Of a stretch of DNA of 64,000 nucleotides, positions 19,218 to 29,317 are shown piece by piece. Source of the DNA: Candidatus Bathyarchaeota archaeon (GTDB taxonomy: Archaea; Thermoproteota; Bathyarchaeia; Bathyarchaeales; Bathycorpusculaceae); the NCBI GenBank assembly GCA_963715865.1, contig OY970280.1:608001-672000 (forward strand). The letters run 5' to 3'. Each line of letters starts with the position of its first letter. Positions within the stretch are counted from its first letter, which is position 1. Made by a program: the position numbers and the translations under genes. A model generated the notes under the pieces. The model searched no databases and had not been told where the DNA came from. It saw only the letters and a list, made by a program, of their open reading frames with translations.

Positions 19218-19323
19218 TGCTCCGGCCGGGATTTGGACCCGGGTCCGCGACTCGAGAGGCCGCTATACATAGCCCCTTAATAAGAAGCCTTAGTAAGGTT
19301 TGACCGGACTATACTACCGGAGC
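19218..19323 (-). tRNA. tRNA-Glu(CUC) with 31-nt D-loop intron (19269-19299, position 21/22); CCA not encoded
   Basis: GCTCCGG/CCGGAGC acceptor; GCGGC CTCTCGA GTCGC; BHB GGUC:GGCU with bulges AA^A and AU^G; T-loop reads TCCAAAT. Confidence 0.88.
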
Positions 19324-19404
19324 ATTCGGAAGATGGTTCTCTCTTAGAGATAAATATCTTTTTATGCGTTTAGACTGTGCAAGCAATCCATTTTCTTTGA
19401 AAGC

Positions 19405-19758
19405 TTATGTTTCATCGTCTACGTTTAAGAAACGCTTTATGGCTGCTACAATTTCCTGCAATCCTTTCTCTGTTAAAGGCGGCTCATAGGGAATTCTGAG
19501 CACATCCCAGCCTTGAGCTGTCAAAAGATCAAAGATTTCCTCATCATGCTGTTGCTGTTTATCGCTTGAATGCACTTGCACGCCGTCTAAGTAAACGATT
19601 TTCCGCTTGTTCACCCAGCAAAAGTCGGGAATCGTTGATTTTAGAACAATTGTTTTTTGCGTCACCATACCGCTGGTTAACCCAGCTATGCTCAGTGCTT
19701 TGAATACTTCGATTTCTGCTTTGCTGACTTTAGGATGCATGTTTCTTTTATAGCTCAA
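19405..19758 (-). CDS. DUF559/Vsr-like endonuclease
   Basis: SKAE..V, PDF, VYLDG..H, D..L...GW.VLRI. Confidence 0.7.
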   Translation of the reverse strand: MSYKRNMHPKVSKAEIEVFKALSIAGLTSGMVTQKTIVLKSTIPDFCWVNKRKIVYLDGVQVHSSDKQQQHDEEIFDLLTAQGWDVLRIPYEPPLTEKGLQEIVAAIKRFLNVDDET

Positions 19759-20426
19759 TTTGGCCCCCGAGAATTAGCATTGCATCTAACCCTTAATAAA
19801 TTCTATACAAAAAAGCAACAAAACTGCTTATCAAGCAGTAACCAAAAATAGGCTTGACGGATCGCCACTGTTAACCCAAGGCGCGAATCAAAAAGAGCAC
19901 CTGAATTGTCAGGGTGGTAATCCGCGTCTCGTTTAACTGCTGACCCGCCAAGCATGGGTGTACCTCTTGGATGGCTATTTCTCGCAAGATAACAACTCTT
20001 CGCCAAGTATAAATGGAATTGTGACTGTGCAATAACAGCAACAAGCATATGCTAACTTCTATAAGACCACTTACCAAAAAGTCCTAATTTATTAAAAAAA
20101 GAATACTTACTTTTTAATTACACAGTTTTTAATGCCAAAAATCATCAAAATAATTTATCTAAAAATGAAACGTTCCCATTCTGGAAGTTTTCCTTTCTTC
20201 AATCGCCCTTTGCATTCCAATCCAGTACAAACTCCACCCGAAAATAAAGATGAAGGCGAATGCTGGGAGAAGAATCAATCTTACGGCTTTGTAGCGTTTA
20301 TAGGCAGTTTTAGGAAATGCCACCAGTGCACCCGACTACTCAATAACTGAGCAACAAAATTTAAGCTTTTGCTTGGGAAAGCAACTTTAATGAAAAAATG
20401 ACAACTTGCTGTCTTTGCGTTGATGT

Positions 20427-22844
20427 TTAATCTTCGATTTTTTTCTCTTGAATTTGGAAAGGAGGATATTCTTTGAGTTTCTCTGCCATTTCTCTAAGTT
20501 GCTTGTCGACAAGGTAATTTACTGTTCCTTCCTCAAAAGTTCCATCTGCTCGTCGTTCACCAGCTTTGGTGCCTGTGACAACCTCTATGCCTTCGGCGAT
20601 AGTTTTAACAGAGTAAATGTTAAATTGTCCAGCCTTAACCGCCTCCACGACTTCCTCTTTCAGCATTAAGTTTTGCACGTTGCTTTCCGGTATCATCACG
20701 CCTTGCTGTCCAGTAAGTCCCTTTAGCTTGCAGACTTCAAAGAAACCTTCGATTTTCTCGTTTACTCCGCCTATGGCTTGAACTTCACCTTTCTGGTTAA
20801 CTGAACCGGTTACTGCTATGTTCTGCTTTATTGGAAGCCCAGAGAGCGCTGATAAAATCGCGTACAATTCGGTGCTTGAAGCGCTGTCACCTTCGACTCC
20901 TTCGTAATTCTGTTCGAAGACAAGCCTTGCGGAGAGGCTTAACGGTTTATCTCTGGCGTATTTGTCATTTATGTAGCCACTGAGGATTAAGACGCCTTTG
21001 GTGTGTATGGGTCCGCCCATTTTAGCTTCTCTTTCAATATCGATTACTCCTTCTCTGCCTAAGCCTATGCTTGCTGTTACGCGTGAGGGGTTGCCGAAGG
21101 CGAAGTCGCCTAGTCCCATAACGGATAAGCCGTTTACTTGCCCAACTTTCTCTGCGATTGTGTCTATTAGGAAAAATCCGCGCTCGATCATTTCTTGAAT
21201 TTTTTCTTGGATTAGTTTTGAGCGGTAAATTTTTTCTTCTATTGCTTTCTTGACATGATTTCCGTTTATAAACTCAGCATTTTCCTGCGACGCGTAGTAG
21301 TTGGATTCGCGAATTATGTCAGCAATATAGGAGAACTGCGTTGATAGCTTGTATTGGTCTTCTGCAACCCTTGAGCTGTACTCTACTAGTTTAGCTAATC
21401 CTGAGCCGTCGAGGTGTTTGAGGTGTTCTTTTTCGCATAGCATGCAAACGAAAGCGGCGTACTGCTTAACTTTTTCATCAGTTCTATCCATTACTGTATC
21501 GAATTCTGCTTTTACCTTGAAAAGTTCTTTGAAATCAGTATCCAATCCGAATAGCATTTGGTAAATGTAGGGATTTCCAATCAGGATTACTTTGGCTGTT
21601 AAAGGAATGGGCTGGGGTTTAAGGGTTTTAACACTGAGGAAACCATAACGTTCTTCAGGTTCCTCTATAACCAAGTTTCCGTCTCTGAGGTCTCTTTTTA
21701 AGCCATCATACGAGAACGGGTTTCGGAGTAATTCTTCAACTGGAATAATTAAGTATCCACCGTTAGCTTTGTGTATGGATCCTGCCCGGATCATTGTGAA
21801 GTCTGTGGTTAGAGCGCCAAACTGAGCTTCCTTCTCTGTTTTACCAAGAAGGTTAGGGTAAGTAGGGTTGGTTTCCACAACTACAGGTGCACCTTTAGTA
21901 TCTGAGTTATCAATGACGACGTTTACCTCGTATTTCTTGAAGGGTTCCTCTTTCATCCAAGGCATTTGAAATGGAAGTTGCTGTTGGGATTCGCCTCTTT
22001 TAATAAACTGTTGCAGATTGTCCAGAATGTCATTTTGTACGTCTTTCAGGTAGGTTGTTACTTCTGGGGTGTCTTTGTACTTCTCGATGAGGCTTTCCAC
22101 TTGGTTGCCAATGGCGTAGAGGGCAACTTCCTTGTTTAGTTTCTTTAATGCCTCGTGAATTTTTCTCTCCATGTCTATTAGTTGCCTCATTGTGTTTCTG
22201 AATTCCGTTTCCAACTTTTCCCTTTTTTCTTGGAGTTTATCCTTCATTTTTTGAGGCAATGCTAACATTTCTTCTTCACTGAGCGGTTTGCCATCTAACA
22301 CTGGAATAAGTAGCAGGCCAATGGGTGTTGTTTGAATTACAAAGCCTTCCCGCTGAGCCTTTGCGCTTAATTCGTCAATTAACTGTTTTCTTTGATTTTC
22401 CAACCCTCGAATTGTGGCTTCTCTTCTTGCAGCGTAATCTTCACTTTCAAAAGCTTTAGGAAGCGCATTCCGAACAACATTTTCAATAAAATTTTTCATA
22501 TCATCTCTAAATTCTTTCCCTTTTCCAGCGGGCAACTTAATCGCTTTTGGCTCATACGGATTAGCAAAATTATTGACATAACACCAGTCGGGTGGAACTG
22601 GCTGAACTTTAGCTTGCGCTTCTACGAAGTTTTTAACCGCGGTTTTTCTGCCTGTTCCAGGGTAACCTGCAACATACATGTTGAAACCGTGGTCTTTGAT
22701 GCCTAAGCCAAAATTTAAAGCTCGAACGGCTCTTTCTTGACCTATAATTTCGCTTAGAGGAACAAGGTTCTTGGTTGATTCGCACTGCATAAAATTAGCA
22801 TCACATTCTCTTCGGAGCTTTTCTACTGGCAACTTGTTTATCAT
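20427..22844 (-). CDS. Lon-like (LonC-type, S16) ATP-dependent protease without TM segment
   Basis: IIGQERAV, GYPGTGRK, Ser in EGDSASSTEL, Lys in IGGVNEKIEGF. Confidence 0.9.
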   Translation of the reverse strand: MINKLPVEKLRRECDANFMQCESTKNLVPLSEIIGQERAVRALNFGLGIKDHGFNMYVAGYPGTGRKTAVKNFVEAQAKVQPVPPDWCYVNNFANPYEPKAIKLPAGKGKEFRDDMKNFIENVVRNALPKAFESEDYAARREATIRGLENQRKQLIDELSAKAQREGFVIQTTPIGLLLIPVLDGKPLSEEEMLALPQKMKDKLQEKREKLETEFRNTMRQLIDMERKIHEALKKLNKEVALYAIGNQVESLIEKYKDTPEVTTYLKDVQNDILDNLQQFIKRGESQQQLPFQMPWMKEEPFKKYEVNVVIDNSDTKGAPVVVETNPTYPNLLGKTEKEAQFGALTTDFTMIRAGSIHKANGGYLIIPVEELLRNPFSYDGLKRDLRDGNLVIEEPEERYGFLSVKTLKPQPIPLTAKVILIGNPYIYQMLFGLDTDFKELFKVKAEFDTVMDRTDEKVKQYAAFVCMLCEKEHLKHLDGSGLAKLVEYSSRVAEDQYKLSTQFSYIADIIRESNYYASQENAEFINGNHVKKAIEEKIYRSKLIQEKIQEMIERGFFLIDTIAEKVGQVNGLSVMGLGDFAFGNPSRVTASIGLGREGVIDIEREAKMGGPIHTKGVLILSGYINDKYARDKPLSLSARLVFEQNYEGVEGDSASSTELYAILSALSGLPIKQNIAVTGSVNQKGEVQAIGGVNEKIEGFFEVCKLKGLTGQQGVMIPESNVQNLMLKEEVVEAVKAGQFNIYSVKTIAEGIEVVTGTKAGERRADGTFEEGTVNYLVDKQLREMAEKLKEYPPFQIQEKKIED

Positions 22845-22938
22845 TTCAAAATCCCTTCATTAAACTTACAAAACTAATATAGCTTTTAATTTGCTTAGTA
22901 ATTAAGTTTCTGTTGGCTAATTTTCCAGTGGTGTCTAA

Positions 22939-23499
22939 TCAGGGACTATCCTTATTATTCAGTTGGATGAAGCATTTGATTAATTCAGGATTTCTTACTT
23001 CTGGATGAAAAAGCATACCATAAATTGGCTTGATTTTATGCTTAATGATTTGGATGCACTTTGCTGATTTTGCCCAAACCTCAAAATCCGCTGAAGACTC
23101 GACGCAATAGCTATGAAGTGAGTAAGCCTTGAACTCTCCAGAGAAAAGGGGATTTTCCTTTAGCGTAGTTATCTGTGTCATGCCTATTTCCAAACACTTA
23201 ATCAAGCGCATACCGAAAACCACGCCTATCGTTTCCATACCTGCACAGATGCATAGCACTGGTTTTTCAGTTCCCTTGACCCAGGGGAACTTTTCTGGCT
23301 GACTTAAAGTCGCTGTATCCTTGAGTGCTGTTCCTGAAAGAATAATCCTGTCACATCGACTTAGGTCTTCATTGGTTACTTCAAGATAATGTTTTACCAT
23401 GCAATTGTCCAGTGTTTCAGCAATCGTGACTATGGGTAAGACAAACTCGTAAAAGCCCAGCGAATTCTTCTTCCAATTCATGTCAACAATTAAAATCAT
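22939..23499 (-). CDS. Class I glutamine amidotransferase
   Basis: Nucleophile ICAGME and HPE triad motif; start overlaps the dph6 stop. Confidence 0.8.
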   Translation of the reverse strand: MILIVDMNWKKNSLGFYEFVLPIVTIAETLDNCMVKHYLEVTNEDLSRCDRIILSGTALKDTATLSQPEKFPWVKGTEKPVLCICAGMETIGVVFGMRLIKCLEIGMTQITTLKENPLFSGEFKAYSLHSYCVESSADFEVWAKSAKCIQIIKHKIKPIYGMLFHPEVRNPELIKCFIQLNNKDSP

Positions 23500-24176
23500 T
23501 TCGAAACCAGCCGAGCTTGCTTAATCCTGAACACTCCAGAATTCCCCTTTGCTTCGGTACTATAATCAAGGACGTCGATTTTCTTTTTGAACAGAGGCGC
23601 GTCTAAAACTGTCGTCTCAATTTCACCCCCTTCTCCTGAGGGGCTCAAACCGTATTTTTGCTGAAGGTCAACTAGCCTTTCTATTAGCTGGGTGTCGATT
23701 TGTTTTCCAAGCCATTTTTCGTCAAGGGGGTAAGCGAAAACTCCTGAAATAATCACTTTGAACTGTTTCTTTAGCAGTTCCTCTAAAAGGGCTTTCTGGT
23801 CGTGTTTCCACAGTGGGTTAAAGCACCAAAGTCCAAGCCGATTACATATGCGTTGGACGCGTTCGGCTTGGTAAACTGATTCCACTGCGCCCGTTACAAT
23901 GCCCTCTATCTGGAATTTCCTTGCTGCCTCAGCGATTGCATCTTCTAGGTCTGAGAGTTCTTTTTCCTTTTCGCCTTCAGTTGTCTTTGTTATTTGGGGC
24001 AATCCTAAGGCTTCTGCTTGGAGTGCCGTAATGTCGATATTTGGGGTATGGAACATGTAGCTTTCCTTGTTTTTCGAGAGTATTGTGATGAGGCATACGA
24101 CTTCTTCTTTCTCCGCGGCTAAGAGAAGAGCAAGTGTTGAGTCTTTGCCGCCTGAGAACAGAACCCCTAATCGCAT
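23496..24176 (-). CDS. dph6: Diphthine--ammonia ligase
   Basis: LFSGGKDS, SYMFHTPN, GAVES.YQ, GEGGEIET.VLDAPLF. Confidence 0.92.
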   Translation of the reverse strand: MRLGVLFSGGKDSTLALLLAAEKEEVVCLITILSKNKESYMFHTPNIDITALQAEALGLPQITKTTEGEKEKELSDLEDAIAEAARKFQIEGIVTGAVESVYQAERVQRICNRLGLWCFNPLWKHDQKALLEELLKKQFKVIISGVFAYPLDEKWLGKQIDTQLIERLVDLQQKYGLSPSGEGGEIETTVLDAPLFKKKIDVLDYSTEAKGNSGVFRIKQARLVSK

Positions 24177-24232
24177 GGCTACTTTAAAAAAGAAAACTGG
24201 CTTATATGCCTGCTTGAAAGAGAGTTTTTAGC

Positions 24233-25427
24233 TTAAACTTTCACGTTGCAAACGTTCGTGATTGCTTTGAGCTTTTTTATTATTTCTGGGCTAACTTTTT
24301 TGTGAAGCACGTAAACTGATATGGCGAAGCCGCTGTTTCCTATTTGCCTTGAATAGTTGGCTCTTATGTTTATGTCGTTGTCAGCTAACACCGTGTCAAT
24401 GCTGGCGAAGACTCCTGGCACATCACGGTGGTGAATAAATAAAGTGTAAACTGGTTTTTCTTCCAGCTCTATGCTTTCGCCTGCGTTCACTACATTGGCA
24501 AAGTCTCCGCCTAAAAGATAACCTGAAACTACGCGGGCAATCTCAATTGAAGTTTCCCTTTGAGCGTCAGTTGTTGACGCGCCAAGGTGGCTGCTGAAAA
24601 CCACGTTATCTAACTCTTTGAGTTTGCTCTTAAATTCAGCGCCTTCCGCTTTAGGTTCATCCGCATAAACGTCTAATGCGGCGCCAGCGATTTTTCTTTC
24701 TTTTAATGCTTTGTATAGTGCTTGTTCGTCAACGTTGCTGCCTCTTGAAGTGTTAATTAGGTAAGCGGTTTTCTTCATTAACGCGAATTCTTTTTCGCCG
24801 ACGACTAGGTCTTTTCCGCCTGTATGAATGCTTATGTAATCGGCTTTTGAGAGAACTTCCTCTTTTGACATGAATTTTATTCCTGATTCAAGGCATGGCT
24901 TTATGTCATAACCGATTACTTCCATGTCAAAGCCGCGGCGTGCAATTTCTGCCTAGTCTTTGCCCGATTCTTCCGCAGCCCAAAATGCCCAAGGTTTTAT
25001 AAGACAACTCGGTTCCTTTAAACTTCCCTTTTTTCCACACACTATTTTTTAGTGAATGGTGCGCTTGAGGAGTATTTCTTGAGATGCTTAGCATTAAACC
25101 GATGGTTAACTCTGCCACTGCATTGGTGCTTCCGTATGGGGCAGATTTTACAACTATGCCATTTTCTGAGGCGGCTGCAGCGTCTATGTTGTCGTAGCCT
25201 ACTCCTGCTCTTCCGATGATTTTGAGTTTGCCTTTTGCGCCTGCTTCAAGGACTTCACGCGTAACTTTTGTGGCACTTCGCACGATTAACGCGTCAAACT
25301 GGCCTATTTCCGAGACAAGAGCGTTTAAGTCTCTCTTTTTTGTATCCGTTTCTATGCCAGCTTCTTGGAAGAGTTTTAAGCCTTCTTTTTCTAAACCATC
25401 ATTTAATAGTACCTTCACTTTAGCCAA
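24233..25427 (-). pseudogene. serA: D-3-phosphoglycerate dehydrogenase with ACT domain, split by a 1-nt insertion near 24952
   Basis: RAGVGYDNID and GCGRIG in ORF1; removing one base gives LAEIARRGFDMEVIGYD continuous with ORF2 (NTSRG, HLGAST). Confidence 0.85.
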
Positions 25428-25523
25428 CTCCTTTCAGTGGTTATTGAGGTTGGAGATTTAAGTTGATTGGCACCGAGAATATTAAATCTTCTAGAAACCT
25501 GAAAATTTTGCCCTATTGCACGG

Positions 25524-25805
25524 TTAAGCTTTGTTTTTCAGGGCTGGGATTGGTTTGCTAATTCTGGTGGATGCTATGTTAAAGGTTGATAATTTATGAC
25601 AGTAGGGGCAATGAAGGCGCCGTTTGTTTCCATAAAGTAGCGAGGTTAAGGTGGCTCCCGGAACCCAATGGAAATTAAACTGTTTTCTGCAGTTTGGGCA
25701 GGTAAGCCTTGAGGTGTAATGTGGCCCATATCTGGGAAGTAGAATGAATAATACTATGAAACCTATAACGATTATTGGGCTTAGAATGTATAGAATGTCT
25801 ACCAT
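25524..25805 (-). CDS. Membrane-anchored zinc-ribbon protein
   Basis: N-terminal TM; CPNC and CPYC. Confidence 0.6.
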   Translation of the reverse strand: MVDILYILSPIIVIGFIVLFILLPRYGPHYTSRLTCPNCRKQFNFHWVPGATLTSLLYGNKRRLHCPYCHKLSTFNIASTRISKPIPALKNKA

Positions 25806-25893
25806 GGTTTTCCAGTCTCAAATGAAATATGTGGGTTTATTAACGTTTAGGCTTGGCTAAAGAATTTCTGGCAAGTGAAAAGGAAAAGAGGGC

Positions 25894-27231
25894 TTAAGCC
25901 TTTTTAATATAGCTTAAAGCTTCTTCTACGTTTTGGAAGCAGTATTTCACTTGGTTAAACTCTTTCTTTAACGATAACACGTCTTCCTTAACCTGAGCGG
26001 GTTTACGTTTGCCCTTTATCACGTCGAGCATTAGGTTACATAAGTGTTTGATGTCGCCTTCTTTGAAGCCGCGTCTGGTTACGTCTTGGAAGCCGATTCT
26101 TAATCCTGAGGGATCATCTTTGCTGCTTTGGTCATCATAGGGCAAGAGGTTCTTGTTGAGGATTATGTTTGCATCTTCGAGGTCTTGAGCAATCTTTTTG
26201 CCGCCGCCAAAGCTGCGAATATCAACCGCAATTTGATGAGATTGAGTGAAACCTTTTTTCTCAGCGAGAACTTTAACGCCGTTCTCATACAAGTGCTGTC
26301 CAGCTGTCTGCGCGTTCTTTACTGTTTGCCTTGCTAGTTTAGCGCCGAAAAGCTTCATCTCTAACGCGGCTATGCTAAGCGCTGGTAACCTGCCCAAATG
26401 GGTGTTTGAAGCGCTAAGTGGAAATATGGCGAACTGAATTTTTTTCACCGCTTTTTCTAATGCTGGATTGGTTGGGCTGCCCATGATGACGCCGCCTTGC
26501 GGGCCTGGGAAAGTTTTGTGAGTTGAAGAGGTGATAAAGTCTGCGCCTTCTCGCAAGGGGTCTTGGAATTCGCCGCCTGCGATTAAGCCTAAAACGTGGG
26601 ATGCGTCGTAGGCTACGTATGCGCCTACTTCTTCACAAACAGCTCTTAACTCTTTAACTGGGTGCGGGAATAGGAAGAGGCTGCCGCCGAATGTGACTAT
26701 GCCTGGTTTGGCGGCGCGTATGACGTAGGCTGACTTGTCTGGGTCTATGTTGAATTCGTCTATGTCGTAAACGTGGTTTATGTTGTCCAATCCTAAGATG
26801 TTGCCTGCTAGGCCAGCGTAATCGTGTGAAATGTGTGCGCCGCAGCTTAGTGGAGTGACGACCATTTTGTTGTTTTTTGAGGCTAATGATAAGCCTTTAA
26901 ATGTGGCTAGGTTCGCGTGGGTGCCTGAAACTAGACGGACGTCTGCCCAGTCAGTTTTGAAGAGGCTTTTCATTATGTCTGTTGCGTAGTCTTCGATTTG
27001 GGACATGTATTTTTGTCCTTGATAGTACCGTTTTTTCACGTGCCCTTCTAGGTCGTTTTCGCCTTCGGCGTATCTGCATTCGAGGTCGTGCGAGAGGCTG
27101 AGCATTTGGTTGACTGCTGACGATTTGAGTCCCTCGCTTGCAATCATGTTTATGCATTCTTTGTCTCGGTACTGTTCATGTTTGCTAGTTGCTTCGATTA
27201 GCTTTACGATTAGGTCTGAGAAGTTTTCCAT
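25894..27231 (-). CDS. glyA: Serine hydroxymethyltransferase (archaeal type)
   Basis: NMIASE, RYAEG, YDASH, STHKTFPGPQGG, SGLRIG. Confidence 0.95.
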   Translation of the reverse strand: MENFSDLIVKLIEATSKHEQYRDKECINMIASEGLKSSAVNQMLSLSHDLECRYAEGENDLEGHVKKRYYQGQKYMSQIEDYATDIMKSLFKTDWADVRLVSGTHANLATFKGLSLASKNNKMVVTPLSCGAHISHDYAGLAGNILGLDNINHVYDIDEFNIDPDKSAYVIRAAKPGIVTFGGSLFLFPHPVKELRAVCEEVGAYVAYDASHVLGLIAGGEFQDPLREGADFITSSTHKTFPGPQGGVIMGSPTNPALEKAVKKIQFAIFPLSASNTHLGRLPALSIAALEMKLFGAKLARQTVKNAQTAGQHLYENGVKVLAEKKGFTQSHQIAVDIRSFGGGKKIAQDLEDANIILNKNLLPYDDQSSKDDPSGLRIGFQDVTRRGFKEGDIKHLCNLMLDVIKGKRKPAQVKEDVLSLKKEFNQVKYCFQNVEEALSYIKKA

Positions 27232-27348
27232 TTGTTCTTTTTCCCCACTCTTAAATCATCAACGGAATTAGGCTTTGCAGTATTTAGCCGTTACTGGAAG
27301 CAAGTGAAGGTTCAAGGGTTGAATGTTGGCGAGTAATTCACTTCACTC

Positions 27349-27773
27349 TTATAACACGTACATTATTATGTAGAATATTTCTCCTGTGAGGAAAGCAAAC
27401 CACCAGACAAAGAAGAGAATCTTCGCTAGTTTTCCATGCCATCTGTTGGGTGCTTTCTGCTTTAGCTGTGACAAGCCGATAGCGAGAACGGCAACTTCTA
27501 GAGACATTACTAAAATCGCAATTGCTCCGTGGACTCCGAAATACACATCCAAAGTTGGAGTTAACTGTAGAGTAGCGCCTTCAACTGCTCCGCCGAAAGA
27601 GCGGTACAGCATGTAACCGATAGACATGGTAAGGTCCCATGAAATCGCAAGTACGCCTGTGACAGGGTGGAAACGGTTTTTTCGTCTGCCGCTTAAGAAG
27701 GCGTGGCAAACAGAAAAGCCACTGGAATCAAGCCAACAGCGACTATTGTGCTTGCAAGTGGAGCAATGGTCAT
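27349..27773 (-). pseudogene. DUF420-like membrane protein with a frameshift near 27703
   Basis: Hydrophobic MTIAPLASTIVAVGLIPVAFLFA in one frame continues as AFLSGRRKNRFH in the annotated frame; HG.IA and WHGKLA helices. Confidence 0.55.
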
Positions 27774-27815
27774 TTTTAATCACCAGTTTTGGAAGTCTTT
27801 TCTTGCGCTTGCTAA

Positions 27816-28631
27816 TTAAGACTGCGCCGTTTTTCTTTCCGTTTGACTTGATGCTTGTGTTATTTTTGCTATGGGTACTGCGCCCGATAGGACGCTGTTG
27901 TTAAGGAAGGTTATTTCTTTTCCAGAATCCAAAAGGACAACCGTGTGTAATGGTGTTAATTCTTTGATTATGCCCTGCTCATTCATGAATGAGGTAATTA
28001 CTCTATCTCCTTTAGTGTAGGGTATTCTGCTTTCTTGTTTTCCCTCAAACTTGTGGACGGCAGTTATGATTACTCCGCCTGAAGCAATTGCACTGTTTGG
28101 AATGCTAATTTGACCTACATCAGTTCTTATCCTCATGACAAGCGCGGTCATGTCTGTAACTCGTCCGGGAATGTTGTTAACCATAACGTCGTCGCCTACT
28201 TTGAACTGGTAAGTGGTGAAAACTAATGCGCCTGATAAGAGGCTGCCGACAAATGTGGATATTACAAGTCCAGCGGTGATTGAGATTATTCCTGCACTAG
28301 TCAAAAGCGCCGTTGGAGAGACGCCCAAAGAGTTTAGGAGTCCGAAGGTCATGACTAATATTGCTATTGCAAGCATTGCGAACTGTAGTATTGTTGCTGC
28401 TTGGATTCCTATTTTCGGCGTCATGAGTGGTTTAATGCGTCGTAAAAGCATTATTGCTGTTAACCAAAAACCTAAGATGATGATTATTCTTATGGCTTGT
28501 ATTAATAACATGGGTAGGCTTATTGGTGCAGCAACAAACAGGTCAAAAACGTAGAGGGTACCTATGCTTAAGATTACTATGAATATTAAGTAAACAGCGA
28601 GTCTTTCTAATGAGTATATAACGTGGGCCAT
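27816..28631 (-). CDS. mscS: Small-conductance mechanosensitive channel family protein
   Basis: TM helices then FKVGDDV, G.VTDM.A...IRT..G....IPNS; duplicated KOW-like segment. Confidence 0.8.
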   Translation of the reverse strand: MAHVIYSLERLAVYLIFIVILSIGTLYVFDLFVAAPISLPMLLIQAIRIIIILGFWLTAIMLLRRIKPLMTPKIGIQAATILQFAMLAIAILVMTFGLLNSLGVSPTALLTSAGIISITAGLVISTFVGSLLSGALVFTTYQFKVGDDVMVNNIPGRVTDMTALVMRIRTDVGQISIPNSAIASGGVIITAVHKFEGKQESRIPYTKGDRVITSFMNEQGIIKELTPLHTVVLLDSGKEITFLNNSVLSGAVPIAKITQASSQTERKTAQS

Positions 28632-28795
28632 GTTGATCCTTCCTATCCTTAATTTGCAAGCATATTTCTATAGTTTTCTCAATAAAAGATATGTCGCTGC
28701 GCGCGCGTAATCGTAAGGGAGACAAAGTGTAAATTTAGCTTGGGTTAATTTTGGTACAAAAAAGGGAGAGGAGAGGAAAAGGAACTCTTTCTGGT

Positions 28796-29182
28796 TTAAC
28801 CTACGATTTGCGTTATTTCTTTGGCGATTCCTCTTTCTACGTGCTGAGTCCACAGCATTTCGGGCACGTCAACAGCGAGAAACAGCCAAGACAGCAAGAT
28901 AGCTTCGACTGCTGCTACTGCTAGGTTCTGGATCCATTTGCCTACGCCTATGTGGATTGAGAAATCATTCGGCTGCCCGGTTACTAGGATGCTAAACGCC
29001 CTGTCCGCAGTGATGATGTCCCGTAAAATCCCGGCTTTTTTCGCTTGTATAACTATTCCCAAAGGTGCATTGGCTGACTGTGTTTTGTAGCCTTCAGTTG
29101 ACAGTTGCTGAACAATCTGCTGTGATAGTTGATTTAGGTCCTTGTTTTTTCCTTGAAAACGCATTACTTTTTCCGATACCAA
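28796..29182 (-). CDS. Conserved-looking hypothetical protein
   Basis: 128-aa ORF with C-terminal hydrophobic helix. Confidence 0.6.
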   Translation of the reverse strand: MVSEKVMRFQGKNKDLNQLSQQIVQQLSTEGYKTQSANAPLGIVIQAKKAGILRDIITADRAFSILVTGQPNDFSIHIGVGKWIQNLAVAAVEAILLSWLFLAVDVPEMLWTQHVERGIAKEITQIVG

Positions 29183-29317
29183 ATTTAAAACCTCAACATC
29201 CAGTTTGGGTGCTGCGCTCTTTTAAGATATTGTCAGTCACACTCTTATCTTACAGTCGAACCCTCTCATCAAGCGGGTTGAAGATCCCAACGAAATTCAA
29301 TCACCTAAGTAAAATCG

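Noticed and set aside
24940-24960. Programmed frameshift in serA
   Set aside because: The lesion is one extra base in a CC dinucleotide with no slippery heptamer or downstream structure; mutation or assembly error is more likely
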